Positions 16,418 to 25,610 of a stretch of 64,000 bases of DNA are shown piece by piece (positions within the stretch are counted from its first letter, which is position 1; each line of letters begins with the position of its first letter). Location of the stretch: assembly GCA_017396515.1 (NCBI GenBank), contig JAFQLV010000013.1, positions 1,010-65,009 of the forward strand. The letters run 5' to 3'. Both the position numbers and the translations under genes were made by a program. The notes under the pieces were generated by a model. It saw only the letters and a program-made list of their open reading frames with translations. It ran no database searches and was not told the DNA's origin. The stretch comes from Clostridia bacterium. GTDB lineage: Bacteria; Bacillota; Clostridia; Oscillospirales; Acutalibacteraceae.

Positions 16418-17269
16418 GTGATTACAATAAAAAAGCTTATTTGTGTTTTAGCCTTTCTGTCGGTACTGCTTACATTCTGTGCTTGCACAAAGGAAGACTC
16501 CCCGCATATAACCGCTGCGCCTGAGGAAACAACCACAACAAAATCTCTTACGGTGAGAGTGACCTTCCCCGAGGGTCTGACCCTTGTGCAGATTGCAGAA
16601 AAATTAGAGGAAAGCGAAGTCTGCAATGCCTCACGCTTTATAGCGTTGACAAACGATATGACTTATATTCAGACACTCCCCTACTCTTTTATAAATGAAA
16701 TTGAAAACAGACAGGAAAGGGCATTTATCCTTGAGGGATATATCTTCCCCGACACCTATGAGTTTTATCGCGGTGAAAGCGAAGAAAAAGCTCTCTCCCG
16801 CTTTCTTGACAACACAGAACGAAAGCTGACGGCAGAGTACAGACAAAGAGCCGCAGAGCTTGGCTACAGCCTTGATGAAATTATCACTCTTGCCTCAATT
16901 GTGCAGGAGGAGTCTTACACCAATGACAGTGTTAAAAATGTCTCAAGCGTCCTTCACAACAGGCTTCGCAGCCCCTCTTTTCCGCGCCTTCAGTGTGATG
17001 TTACCATTCACTATGTCAACGATTATATCACCGACTCGAAATTTCTCAGTGCCACTGACGGCTATGCCGAAAAATACAACACCTACAAGTGTGAGGGCTT
17101 GCCCGTCGGTGCAATTTGCAACCCGGGCCTCGCTTCAATTGAGGCTGCCCTTTACCCTGCCGAGACGGATTATTACTACTTTGTAACAGACAGCGATTGG
17201 GATTATTATTATGCCTCGACCTATGCAGAGCACAAGAAAAACTGCAATGCAGTGGGACTTGCGGGTTAA
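16418..17269 (+). CDS. mltG: Endolytic murein transglycosylase MltG (YceG-like)
   Basis: N-terminal TM segment, EGYIFPDTYEF, LASIVQEE and YNTY..GLP.G.I.NPG motifs. The start codon is uncertain (GTG at 16418). Confidence 0.85.
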   Translation: MITIKKLICVLAFLSVLLTFCACTKEDSPHITAAPEETTTTKSLTVRVTFPEGLTLVQIAEKLEESEVCNASRFIALTNDMTYIQTLPYSFINEIENRQERAFILEGYIFPDTYEFYRGESEEKALSRFLDNTERKLTAEYRQRAAELGYSLDEIITLASIVQEESYTNDSVKNVSSVLHNRLRSPSFPRLQCDVTIHYVNDYITDSKFLSATDGYAEKYNTYKCEGLPVGAICNPGLASIEAALYPAETDYYYFVTDSDWDYYYASTYAEHKKNCNAVGLAG

Positions 17270-17299
17270 TTATGAATTATGAATGAGGAATTATGAATG
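17268..17299 (+). repeat. AATTATG heptamer array forming the mltG/GNAT intercistronic junction
   Basis: AATTATG AATTATG AATGAGG AATTATG AATG overlaps the TAA stop at 17267-17269, GAGGAA at 17285-17290 and the ATG at 17297. Confidence 0.8.
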
Positions 17300-17758
17300 A
17301 TAACTGCTATGAATATTTCTGCCACAAAGGCTATATGCTCGTGGAAATATCCTGAGCCATATGATGTTTATAATTATGTGTCTTTTGACGAGGCGGTGAA
17401 AAACAATTCGCCTTTACTTAAAGACGAAAACAAAGATAATTACATCTGCTTTTGGGATAATGAAACCCTCTCGGCATATATTAACATCTATAAAAAGGAT
17501 GAAAATGTTTTTCTCGGTATAGGTCTTTCACCTGATTTATGCAGCAAAGGATTTGGTGAAGCTTATTTAAGACAAGGCATTGAAACAGCTAAAAGCCGTT
17601 ATCCCAAAAGTGAAATATGGGTAGAAGTACGCTCTTGGAACAAGAGGGCAATTAAATGCTATGAGAGCTGCGGATTTAAAGAAGAGTATAGAAAAATTAT
17701 TAAAGACCGATTCGGAAATGATGCGGAATTTGTTTTTATGAGATGGGAGAAAAAATGA
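17297..17758 (+). CDS. GNAT-family N-acetyltransferase
   Basis: 153 aa. The GFGEAYLRQGIE segment fits the acetyl-CoA motif. The RBS GAGGAA lies inside the heptamer array upstream. Confidence 0.75.
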   Translation: MITAMNISATKAICSWKYPEPYDVYNYVSFDEAVKNNSPLLKDENKDNYICFWDNETLSAYINIYKKDENVFLGIGLSPDLCSKGFGEAYLRQGIETAKSRYPKSEIWVEVRSWNKRAIKCYESCGFKEEYRKIIKDRFGNDAEFVFMRWEKK

Positions 17759-18270
17759 ATAAGGTAATCGTAATCGGATGTCCCGGTTCAGGCAAAACAA
17801 CCTTTGCAGAAAAACTGAATAAATGCACAGGATTACCATTATATTATCTCGATGCAATATGGCACAAGCCCGACAAAACTCACATTCCCAGAGAAGCTTT
17901 TGATGAAAGAATATCAGAAATATTTGCTACTCCCCAATGGATAATTGACGGAAATTACAAAAGAACAATCGAAGTAAGGCTTCAGCACTGCGACACCGTT
18001 TTTCTTTTTGATTTGCCTACAGACATATGTTTGCACGGTGCAACAGGAAGAATCGGAAAAACTCGTTACGACCTACCTTGGTTAGAAACAGAATTAGACC
18101 CTGAATTCAAAGTGTTTATAGAAACCTTCCCCGAAGATACCTTGCCTTATATATATGAATTGCTTGATAGATATAAAGAGGGAAAACAAGTTGTAATCTT
18201 CAAGTCAAGAGAAGAAGCGGACGAATATATAAACAAAATGAGGTGCAAAAATGAAGATAATTGTTTTTAA
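17755..18270 (+). CDS. P-loop NTPase (adenylate-kinase-like / topology-modulation-protein-like)
   Basis: MNKVIVIGCPGSGKTTFAEKL Walker A motif. ATGA start/stop overlap with the preceding gene. Confidence 0.8.
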   Translation: MNKVIVIGCPGSGKTTFAEKLNKCTGLPLYYLDAIWHKPDKTHIPREAFDERISEIFATPQWIIDGNYKRTIEVRLQHCDTVFLFDLPTDICLHGATGRIGKTRYDLPWLETELDPEFKVFIETFPEDTLPYIYELLDRYKEGKQVVIFKSREEADEYINKMRCKNEDNCF

Positions 18271-18685
18271 AGAAAAATATCGTGATGACCTTATTTTTAT
18301 GATTCTTGAAGCCAAAAATGCCCTCGGCAGAGTGCCGGGACTTAACGAAGATTTGCTTGATATTAAAAAGAATTATTTTGATAAAGGTGATATGTTCTGG
18401 ATTGCTCTTGATGATAATGACAGAGTTATAGGCAGTGTGGGTTATAATTCCACTGAGAACAGCGATGATGTTTTGCTTCACAGGCTTTTTGTAAAGTATA
18501 GCCTAAAACATCAGGGTATAGGTACTGCACTTTTGAAAACTGCAGAAGAACATCTGAAAGCTATAGGCAAAAAGACTGTCATTGTGCATCTCGGTAACAA
18601 AGAGCATTTTTATGAAAGCTGGCAGTTTTATCCGAAACACGGTTATAAAGAGTTTGAACCGGACTATATGAGAAAAGTGCTATAA
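18251..18685 (+). CDS. GNAT-family N-acetyltransferase
   Basis: LFVKYSLKHQGIGTALLKTAEEHL matches the R/Q-x-x-G-x-G/A motif. Confidence 0.8.
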   Translation: MKIIVFKEKYRDDLIFMILEAKNALGRVPGLNEDLLDIKKNYFDKGDMFWIALDDNDRVIGSVGYNSTENSDDVLLHRLFVKYSLKHQGIGTALLKTAEEHLKAIGKKTVIVHLGNKEHFYESWQFYPKHGYKEFEPDYMRKVL

Positions 18686-18688
18686 ATA

Positions 18689-18874
18689 ATGTTTTTAAAT
18701 TACCGTAATAAAGGTTTTGGTACAGCCCTTATGAATTCTGCCAAAGATTGGGCAAAAGAGCAAGGTTGCAGTTTTATAAATCTTGATGTTCTCACAAACA
18801 ACCCAAAGGCTATATCATTATATGAAAGACTTGGCTTTACACCCAAGGCACAGGAAATGTATTGTAAATTTTAA
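18689..18874 (+). pseudogene. GNAT acetyltransferase fragment (C-terminal half only)
   Basis: The 61-aa ORF starts at the acetyl-CoA motif (YRNKGFGTALMNSAKDWAKEQG) and has no N-terminal half. Stops lie immediately upstream in frame. Confidence 0.5.
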
Positions 18875-18894
18875 TCCCTATATTGAAACAAATT

Positions 18895-18929
18895 AACCGC
18901 CCGAAAAAATTCGGACGGTTATTTTTTTT
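18895..18929 (+). terminator. Terminator of the GNAT/P-loop gene cluster
   Basis: AACCGCCCGA-aaaaaa-TCGGACGGTT followed by a T8 run. Confidence 0.8.
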
Positions 18930-18996
18930 ATTATTGCAGGGCTCTGCCCCGCACCCCGCAAGCTTTTATAAAAGCTTGACCAAAATTTTGCTGCTT

Positions 18997-19914
18997 TTAT
19001 CCGAACAAATTCACACTCATATATCTTTCGCCGCTGTCGGGGAGCAGGACAACTATCTTCTTGCCCTCATTTTCGGGTCTATGTGCAATTTCTGTTGCCG
19101 CTTTTAATGCCGCACCTGAAGAAATGCCCACAAGCAGTCCCTCTGTTTCAGCAAATGCCCTGCATGCTCTGAAAGCATCGGCAGTGCGTACCGTAACAAC
19201 CTCATCAACCACACTCATGTCGAGATTATCAGGAATAAAGTTGGCACCTATTCCCTGAATACCGTGAGGCCCTGCTTTACCCTTTGTGATAAGAGGCGAA
19301 TCAAAAGGCTCAATGCCTATAACCTTTATAGTGGGATTTTTCTCCTTGAGATATCTGCCCGTACCGCTGAGAGTGCCGCCGGTGCCTATTGAGGCGACAA
19401 AAATGTCAACCTCGCCATTCATATCATCCCATATTTCGGGGCCCGTAGTGAGTGTATGCGCTTCAGGGTTATCCGGGTTATCAAACTGTGAGGGTATGAA
19501 GGAATTGGGAGTTTTATCACACAGCTCTTTAGCCTTTTCAATTGAGCCGAGCATACCCTTTGCGCCCTCTGTCAGCACTATATCAGCACCGTAGGCCTTC
19601 AGAAGCTTCTGCCTTTCCACGCTCATGGTGTCGGGCATAACAAGCACAGCCTTATAGCCAAGGGACACTGCCGCAGCGGCAAGACCTATACCCGTGTTGC
19701 CGCTTGTGGGCTCAATTATTGTTGCACCCTCAGTGATAAGACCCTTAGCTCTTGCCTTTTCAAGCATATTAACAGCCACCCTGTCTTTCACAGAGCCTGC
19801 CGGGTTAAAGCATTCCAGCTTGGCATAAAGCTCCGAAGGCAACCCCTTGCCGAAGGCGTTGAGCTTCATTAAGGGTGTGTTGCCCACAAGCTGACAAAAA
19901 TTATTATAAATCAT
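18997..19914 (-). CDS. cysK: Cysteine synthase A (O-acetylserine sulfhydrylase)
   Basis: LVGNTPLMKL, the PLP-lysine motif NPAGSVKDR and GTGGT. The ATG at 19914 (MIYNN) is preferred over the TTG at 19932. Confidence 0.9.
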   Translation of the reverse strand: MIYNNFCQLVGNTPLMKLNAFGKGLPSELYAKLECFNPAGSVKDRVAVNMLEKARAKGLITEGATIIEPTSGNTGIGLAAAAVSLGYKAVLVMPDTMSVERQKLLKAYGADIVLTEGAKGMLGSIEKAKELCDKTPNSFIPSQFDNPDNPEAHTLTTGPEIWDDMNGEVDIFVASIGTGGTLSGTGRYLKEKNPTIKVIGIEPFDSPLITKGKAGPHGIQGIGANFIPDNLDMSVVDEVVTVRTADAFRACRAFAETEGLLVGISSGAALKAATEIAHRPENEGKKIVVLLPDSGERYMSVNLFG

Positions 19915-19918
19915 AAAA

Positions 19919-20374
19919 TCAGTCCTTTGCAAGAAGCTTTGTCAGCTCGTCCATAAAGGTGTTGATATCCTTAAACTGACGGTAAACGCTGGCAAAACGA
20001 ACATAGGCAACCTCGTCAAGCTCCTTTAATTTTTCCATAACGAGCTCACCTATATGTACTGATGTAACCTCTCTGTCAAGGGAGTTCTGCAAATCTGTTT
20101 CAATCTCCGTTACCACTCTTTCAATCTGGTCAATTGAAACAGGTCTCTTTTCGCAGGCACGAAGCATACCGTTAAAGAGCTTCACTCTGTCGAAAGCCTG
20201 CCTTGATTTATCCTTTTTCACAACCACGATAGGCACACTTTCAATTATCTCATAGGTTGTAAATCTCTTAGCGCAGGAGATGCACTCTCTGCGGCGGCGG
20301 ATTTTTTCGCCCTCGTCTGTAGGTCTTGAGTCAATTACCTTGCTTTCCTCATAACCGCAAAATGGACACTTCAT
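19919..20374 (-). CDS. nrdR: Transcriptional repressor NrdR
   Basis: MKCPFCG...SKVIDSR zinc ribbon plus an ATP-cone. Confidence 0.9.
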   Translation of the reverse strand: MKCPFCGYEESKVIDSRPTDEGEKIRRRRECISCAKRFTTYEIIESVPIVVVKKDKSRQAFDRVKLFNGMLRACEKRPVSIDQIERVVTEIETDLQNSLDREVTSVHIGELVMEKLKELDEVAYVRFASVYRQFKDINTFMDELTKLLAKD

Positions 20375-20389
20375 AGTTTTTACCTCACT

Positions 20390-21181
20390 TTATCTGCTTT
20401 CATTCAGCACCTTTTCAAGATATTGTGCCGAATGAATAATATCCTCTATTGTTTTGAAGCCGTCGGAATACAGCTCAATAATATACTTGCCTTTATAGTT
20501 TATGCTTTTAAGCTGAGTAAACAGCTCCCCGAAATCGAAAAGCCCGTTTTCGCCCGGCGGTGCACAATCGCTGCTTTTTGTTTTATCGCTGAGATGCACA
20601 TGGGCAATGCTTTCACCTGCCGTTTTGATATACTCTATAGGTTCTATGCCGGCTTTTCTTGCCTGCTTGACATCAAGCACCATCTTAAAGCTTTCCTTGC
20701 CGTACCTTTTGAGCAGAGCCATAAACTCAGGCTTTTCACCTGAAAAGTTAACCACATTTTCGTGTGCCATAAAGCAGCCGAAGCTCATAGCAATTTCATT
20801 GAGCTTAGTGAACCTCTCTGCATATTCCTCGTCACATATGTCTGCACCGAATTTAGCACCGTGCATTACCACATATCTTGCATCTAATTCGGCGGCAACA
20901 GAGAAAAAGCGTTTGTAGTTCTCACACGCGTCCACAAAGCGGCGATAATAATTTGAAAAAAAGTTATATCCCTCGCCGAAGCTCTCATAAGGGTGAATCG
21001 ATGTGACATTTACGCCGTAGGCATCCCTGATGCTTTTCAGCTCTTTTATAAAGGATTTTTCCGTTTCGCTTGGTGAGTTGAGAAAAATTTCAATATTTCT
21101 GAAGCCGTGACTCGCCACATGCAAAAAGGCTTTTTCTGTTTCCATTGGATAAAAGCAGGATGACGATGCACCTATTTCCAT
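20390..21181 (-). CDS. Sugar phosphate isomerase/epimerase (xylose-isomerase-like TIM barrel)
   Basis: General family-level similarity pattern (HGFRNIEIF, VVMHG, HVHLSD). GGAGGG RBS precedes the ATG at 21181. Confidence 0.75.
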   Translation of the reverse strand: MEIGASSSCFYPMETEKAFLHVASHGFRNIEIFLNSPSETEKSFIKELKSIRDAYGVNVTSIHPYESFGEGYNFFSNYYRRFVDACENYKRFFSVAAELDARYVVMHGAKFGADICDEEYAERFTKLNEIAMSFGCFMAHENVVNFSGEKPEFMALLKRYGKESFKMVLDVKQARKAGIEPIEYIKTAGESIAHVHLSDKTKSSDCAPPGENGLFDFGELFTQLKSINYKGKYIIELYSDGFKTIEDIIHSAQYLEKVLNESR

Positions 21182-21331
21182 TTTCTCACCCTCCAAAAAA
21201 TCTATATATAGTTATTATATCAAAGAAATAACAAAAAAACAACTGTAAATTGTGTAAAAAAAGCATTACACCCCGGATATTTCTATCCGGGATGTAACAC
21301 CCTACTATATCTAAATACCTCAAGCTGTCAG

Positions 21332-22003
21332 TTATCTTGCAATTGATGCAAGGCTTTCAATGCCGAAAAGCGCCAGGTCATATATGCCGCTTGTTATAGC
21401 TTCAAGGTCAGTGCACAAATCGCCTGTGTAACTGCTTACACTTGTGCCTTCTATTTCAATATATGCACCAAGGTTACCAGTACCCTCGGCATCAACATAA
21501 TAATCCTCAGGGATATAGACATAATATGTCTTTCCCTTTTCTATACTCTGTGAAATAAGCCTGAAGGCAAGATTGGTCTTTTCGCAGTCAACCGTTACAC
21601 CCACACTGCCAAGGCCGCCTAAAAGAGCCGACAAGCTGTCGCTCGGGCTGACAGCATATTCCTTCTTACCTGCGAACCAGGTGGTGAGATTCTCTTTTGT
21701 TATGCTGTGAATTGCCGTAAATGTGCCGTCTTCATTTTTTGTGCAAAGCTGAATATCCTTTTCGCTTGTGCCGTAATCTGTGAAAAGGTTGTCAAGGCAA
21801 AGTGCCACTGCACCCTTTTGTGAGCCGCTGTTATAGTATGCATAATAGGTTTTCTCTTTATTTACGGCCACTCTCTGAATCTGAGGCTGTGTTGTTTCCT
21901 CACCGCTTTCCCCTATATTATCGGCCGAAGCTGAAACCACTATACCCGTGATACAGCTGATTGCAATAATAAGGGAAATAATAATGAAAAGCTTGTTTTT
22001 CAT
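21332..22003 (-). CDS. Secreted hypothetical protein
   Basis: Signal-like N-terminus MKNKLFIIISLIIAISCITGIVVSASA. It lies downstream of a sigma/anti-sigma pair. Confidence 0.5.
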   Translation of the reverse strand: MKNKLFIIISLIIAISCITGIVVSASADNIGESGEETTQPQIQRVAVNKEKTYYAYYNSGSQKGAVALCLDNLFTDYGTSEKDIQLCTKNEDGTFTAIHSITKENLTTWFAGKKEYAVSPSDSLSALLGGLGSVGVTVDCEKTNLAFRLISQSIEKGKTYYVYIPEDYYVDAEGTGNLGAYIEIEGTSVSSYTGDLCTDLEAITSGIYDLALFGIESLASIAR

Positions 22004-22043
22004 AATATGCACCTCTTTCATTAATATATCATAAGAAAAACGC

Positions 22044-22817
22044 TTATTTACTGCCCTCTTCGGCAGCCTTTACATTTTCTTCGTTTCCGTATTTTTCGGC
22101 AATTTCAAAAATACTTTTGCCGCTTGCATCCTTGAGACTGACATCAAATCCCTTTTCCATAAATTCACTTATAACCTCACTGTCACAAAAGGCTGCCGAG
22201 AAAAAGAAGGACAGCTTTTCAAGGGGTGTCATAAGCATATTTTCCCGTTCCTTCAGCTCTTTCAGTGCTTTTTCGGAATCGCCTAACAATGTGCTTTCAA
22301 GCAGTGCGTCAAGGCCCGTTGTGCCGAAGCTTTTTTCAACTGCCTTTGCAATTTCCTGTATGACCGTGTAGGAAAGAAAATCTGCACAGTCAATGGCAAA
22401 GGTCAGCACATCCTCTGTAAGGAGAATTGTATTTGTAAGCAGAGATTCAATAAGGCTCTCATTGCCCGATGAAATAGCAAGCATAAGAGGATTGTCACGC
22501 CAGCTGTTTTTATTCTGCGTTGTTGTTACCGCCGTGGTGGTTTCAGGCTCCTTTTGCGGTGAAGCAAGCTCACTGACTGCAACCACTGCACCGGCAATAA
22601 AAATAATAAGTGCCGCTGCAACGGGAATAATTTTAAATATTCTCGGGATACTTTTTTCCCTGACCTCAGGTGCAGAGTCCTCTTTTGTCAGCTGCGGAAG
22701 TGCCTTCTGCTTTATTCTTGCACTCAGAAGCATATCCTGCTGTGCATCAATACCGTCTAACAGCTCACTCATTTCCTGTGCATCAAGCTCACTTAATATT
22801 TTTTCAATATCAGCCAT
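22044..22817 (-). CDS. Putative anti-sigma factor, single TM segment with ankyrin-like C-terminal repeats
   Basis: Overlaps the stop of the ECF sigma gene. Has a central TM segment (IIPVAAALIIFIAGAVVAV). NPLMLAISSGNESLIESLL is ANK-like. Confidence 0.55.
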   Translation of the reverse strand: MADIEKILSELDAQEMSELLDGIDAQQDMLLSARIKQKALPQLTKEDSAPEVREKSIPRIFKIIPVAAALIIFIAGAVVAVSELASPQKEPETTTAVTTTQNKNSWRDNPLMLAISSGNESLIESLLTNTILLTEDVLTFAIDCADFLSYTVIQEIAKAVEKSFGTTGLDALLESTLLGDSEKALKELKERENMLMTPLEKLSFFFSAAFCDSEVISEFMEKGFDVSLKDASGKSIFEIAEKYGNEENVKAAEEGSK

Positions 22818-23355
22818 AAAAAACACCTCCTAACATTATCTTAAGCTTATCCATGCTTCTCTCAAGTCTTTTTTGCACAGCCTCAGGGGAAAGTGCCACA
22901 TATGCACTTATTTCCTTTGCTGTTTCGCCTAATATATATTTTCTCGTCACTATGGTACTGTCGGGCTCACCAAGGTCTTTAATTGCCTTGACAAGAGCCG
23001 CCTTTGTCTCATAGTCGGCAGTACCGTCAGCACCTTCTGCAGCCATGCTCTCATCAAGAGGCATATCGGCATATTGCTGTCTTTTAAGGGTATGATAGAG
23101 ATTGATTGCCCGCCTTTTTGCAATAACTGCAAGATAACCCTTGACACTGCCTCTTTCAAGGTCAACATCCTCTAAATTATTATAAAAGGCAAGGAAGGTG
23201 TCGCTTACACACTCCTCGGCATCCTCTCTTGTGCCCACGGGCAAAACCACTGAGGACACTATTTTATATATCAGGGCAGAATATGTATCCACCAGCAAAG
23301 TAAAGCCCCTGACTTTATCTTCACTGATAAGAAGCAAAAGCTCTCTGTCAGTCAT
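22810..23355 (-). CDS. ECF-type RNA polymerase sigma factor
   Basis: Sigma-70 region 2 and region 4 pattern in a 181-aa protein. Confidence 0.8.
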   Translation of the reverse strand: MTDRELLLLISEDKVRGFTLLVDTYSALIYKIVSSVVLPVGTREDAEECVSDTFLAFYNNLEDVDLERGSVKGYLAVIAKRRAINLYHTLKRQQYADMPLDESMAAEGADGTADYETKAALVKAIKDLGEPDSTIVTRKYILGETAKEISAYVALSPEAVQKRLERSMDKLKIMLGGVFYG

Positions 23356-23416
23356 TGTCCTCCACCTTTCTATATATTAATACAGTTAAAATTCACCGTT
23401 TCCGACAGATTTATTT

Positions 23417-23456
23417 TAAAAAATTAAAAAAGTTACAGAAGCGTTATATCTGTAAC
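23417..23456 (-). terminator. Terminator of the chromate transporter genes
   Basis: GTTACAGA/TCTGTAAC stem followed, on the minus strand, by TTTTTTAATTTTTT. Confidence 0.7.
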
Positions 23457-23468
23457 CTTTTATAGACT

Positions 23469-24062
23469 TTACATTTTGAATATTATTCCTATAACCGCAG
23501 ACAGAGCAATAAGTGCTATAGGGTGAAGCTTTTTAAATTTAGTTATAAGGAAAAATATAACAGCACTGAGTATGAGACTCTTGTAATCCACAGCCATAAA
23601 GAAATTGCCGCTTTCTGCCATAGTCTCTGCGTTAAAAAAGGCAATCTTTGCAACGCCTAAAAGAGCGGCAGCAATAAGACCCACACTGGCAGCACGAAGT
23701 CCGTAAAAAGCATACTCAACATATTTTGAATCGCGGAATTTTACAAGTATTTTTGAAACTATCATAATAACTATCACGCAGGGGGTCACTTCACCAAGGG
23801 TTGCAACAACACTGCCTAAAATGCCGAAGCCTGCACCGCCGAAATTACTGCCCACCTGATAGCCGATATAGGTTGCCATATTTATACCTATAGGTCCGGG
23901 AGTGGACTCGGAGATAGCAACCATATTTGAAATATCCATAGATGTGAACCAGCCTGTTGTCTCACCCATTGCCGTCAGGAAGGGCAAGGTGGCAAGTCCT
24001 CCGCCCACGGCAAACAGACCGACCATGGCAAATCTGATATAAAGCTCGAGGAAAATCATCAT
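23469..24062 (-). CDS. Chromate transporter family protein (ChrA half)
   Basis: FGGGLATLPFL-type motif. Paired half-size genes overlap by 4 nt. Confidence 0.8.
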   Translation of the reverse strand: MMIFLELYIRFAMVGLFAVGGGLATLPFLTAMGETTGWFTSMDISNMVAISESTPGPIGINMATYIGYQVGSNFGGAGFGILGSVVATLGEVTPCVIVIMIVSKILVKFRDSKYVEYAFYGLRAASVGLIAAALLGVAKIAFFNAETMAESGNFFMAVDYKSLILSAVIFFLITKFKKLHPIALIALSAVIGIIFKM

Positions 24063-24619
24063 TTTTTCTTTTCCTCCTTTGCTTTTCTTATGCCTGTCAG
24101 GTTAAGCACAAGACCGAGAAGACCTGCCGACACAACAAAAATAACAGGTGAAAGGTCCGTGAAAAATGAAACAAGGGCAACCACAAGGAATATGGCAATT
24201 GCAAAAATATCAACAAGTGACTTCTTGGCAATTTTCCACATTGAGCTGAGTATAAGTGCAACAACTGCGGCACGAATACCGGAAAATGCCCACTGCACCG
24301 GCTCATAATCCTGAAAGCCGCTGATAAACATAGCAATTGAACCCACAATTATAAGCGAAGGTGTAACCATGCCCAAAGTGGCAAAAATTGCACCTAAAAC
24401 ACCTTTTTTCTTAAAGCCGATAAAGGTTGCAACATTAACGGCAATTACACCGGGGGTGCACTGACCTATGGCATAATAGTCAATAAGTTCCTCATTAGTT
24501 GTCCACTTTTTATTTTCAACCAATTCCTTCTGAAGCATAGGCAGCATTGCATAGCCGCCGCCGAAGGTGAATCCGCCTATACGGGCGAAAATAAGAAATA
24601 GCTGTAAAAGAATTTTCAT
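24059..24619 (-). CDS. Chromate transporter family protein (ChrA half)
   Basis: FTFGGGYAMLPMLQKELVE motif. Confidence 0.8.
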   Translation of the reverse strand: MKILLQLFLIFARIGGFTFGGGYAMLPMLQKELVENKKWTTNEELIDYYAIGQCTPGVIAVNVATFIGFKKKGVLGAIFATLGMVTPSLIIVGSIAMFISGFQDYEPVQWAFSGIRAAVVALILSSMWKIAKKSLVDIFAIAIFLVVALVSFFTDLSPVIFVVSAGLLGLVLNLTGIRKAKEEKKK

Positions 24620-25527
24620 TATATTATTTCTTCCTGTTTTTCATATTTTTTAAAGAATGCGAGCATCTCGTCAATTGTCTTTCCTGAGGGCTCACTTTCA
24701 GGGTAAAGCACGGGGAAAACATGAGGCAGAGCCTTGCCGTCAAATTTATCCCAATTCATCAGCTTATGCTCTATGCCCTTTTCTTCAAAGAGCTTTGCTG
24801 TTTTCAAGGTCTGACTGAGAGCCAGAGTGTCGCCCGATGAAGTAACCAGAAAGGCGGGTGGCATTTTGCCTAAGTCAACTATTTTATCCGCGTTCACATA
24901 AGGTGCCCACTTTTGTTTTTTATAATTTTTTCCGCCCAGAATATGCTTTGTGTAAACACTTATAAGTGAGCCGTCATCCATATATGTTACGGGGGAAGTC
25001 AGGGCAACGGCATTAAAGCTGAGGCCAAAATCCTCAACATCATAGATTTTACGCAGTTCTTCACTGACACTGAGCATTGCCGTAAAGCAGGCAAGCATAC
25101 CGCCGGCAGAGTCGCCTGTCAGGCAGATGCTTCTCTTATCGCAGGGGTAATTGTCGAGATTTGCGGCAATCCACTGCAAAGCCCGGCTTATATCACGCAG
25201 CTGCTCGTCAGGTGTAACCTCGGGGAAAAGCCTGTAGCTCATATTAAAAACCACATTGCCCCTTTTTGCAAGGGTGAGACAGTAGGGCTTGTTCAACTCC
25301 TTGTCGCCGTACATCCAACCGCCGCCGTGAATATCTATAATCACGGGAAGCTTCTGCGCAGCACCCTCGGGATAATAAACATCAAGTTGATGATATTTAT
25401 GTCCGTCAGACATATATTCGTGATTGTTGCTCTCATAAACACCCTCGGGCATAGTGAGAGTGGCAATTCTTTTGTCGTCCATTCTTTTTGTGTTTGCCCA
25501 GAAGGCAGCTAAAATTTTATTGAGCAC
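24619..25527 (-). CDS. Alpha/beta hydrolase (esterase/lipase, HGGG type)
   Basis: HGGGW oxyanion motif and the GDSAGG nucleophile elbow. GTG start follows AAAGGAGAG. Confidence 0.8.
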   Translation of the reverse strand: MLNKILAAFWANTKRMDDKRIATLTMPEGVYESNNHEYMSDGHKYHQLDVYYPEGAAQKLPVIIDIHGGGWMYGDKELNKPYCLTLAKRGNVVFNMSYRLFPEVTPDEQLRDISRALQWIAANLDNYPCDKRSICLTGDSAGGMLACFTAMLSVSEELRKIYDVEDFGLSFNAVALTSPVTYMDDGSLISVYTKHILGGKNYKKQKWAPYVNADKIVDLGKMPPAFLVTSSGDTLALSQTLKTAKLFEEKGIEHKLMNWDKFDGKALPHVFPVLYPESEPSGKTIDEMLAFFKKYEKQEEII

Positions 25528-25544
25528 AGTTCTCTCTCCTTTCA

Positions 25545-25580
25545 GAAAAAAACATTCGGCCGCAAGATAAGCTGCGACCG
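25545..25580 (-). terminator. Terminator downstream of the 298-aa hypothetical gene
   Basis: The minus strand reads CGGTCGC-agcttatctt-GCGGCCG followed by AATGTTTTTTT. Confidence 0.6.
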
Positions 25581-25610
25581 TTTGTATTATTATTCAGACC
25601 GCAACAGCAA

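Noticed and set aside
18959-18978. A perfect 20-bp palindrome, CAAGCTTTTATAAAAGCTTG, lies downstream of cysK.
   Set aside because: It lies in the convergent terminator zone between cysK and the GNAT cluster, has an AT-rich stem and is a single occurrence. It is most simply part of the cysK 3' hairpin rather than an operator.
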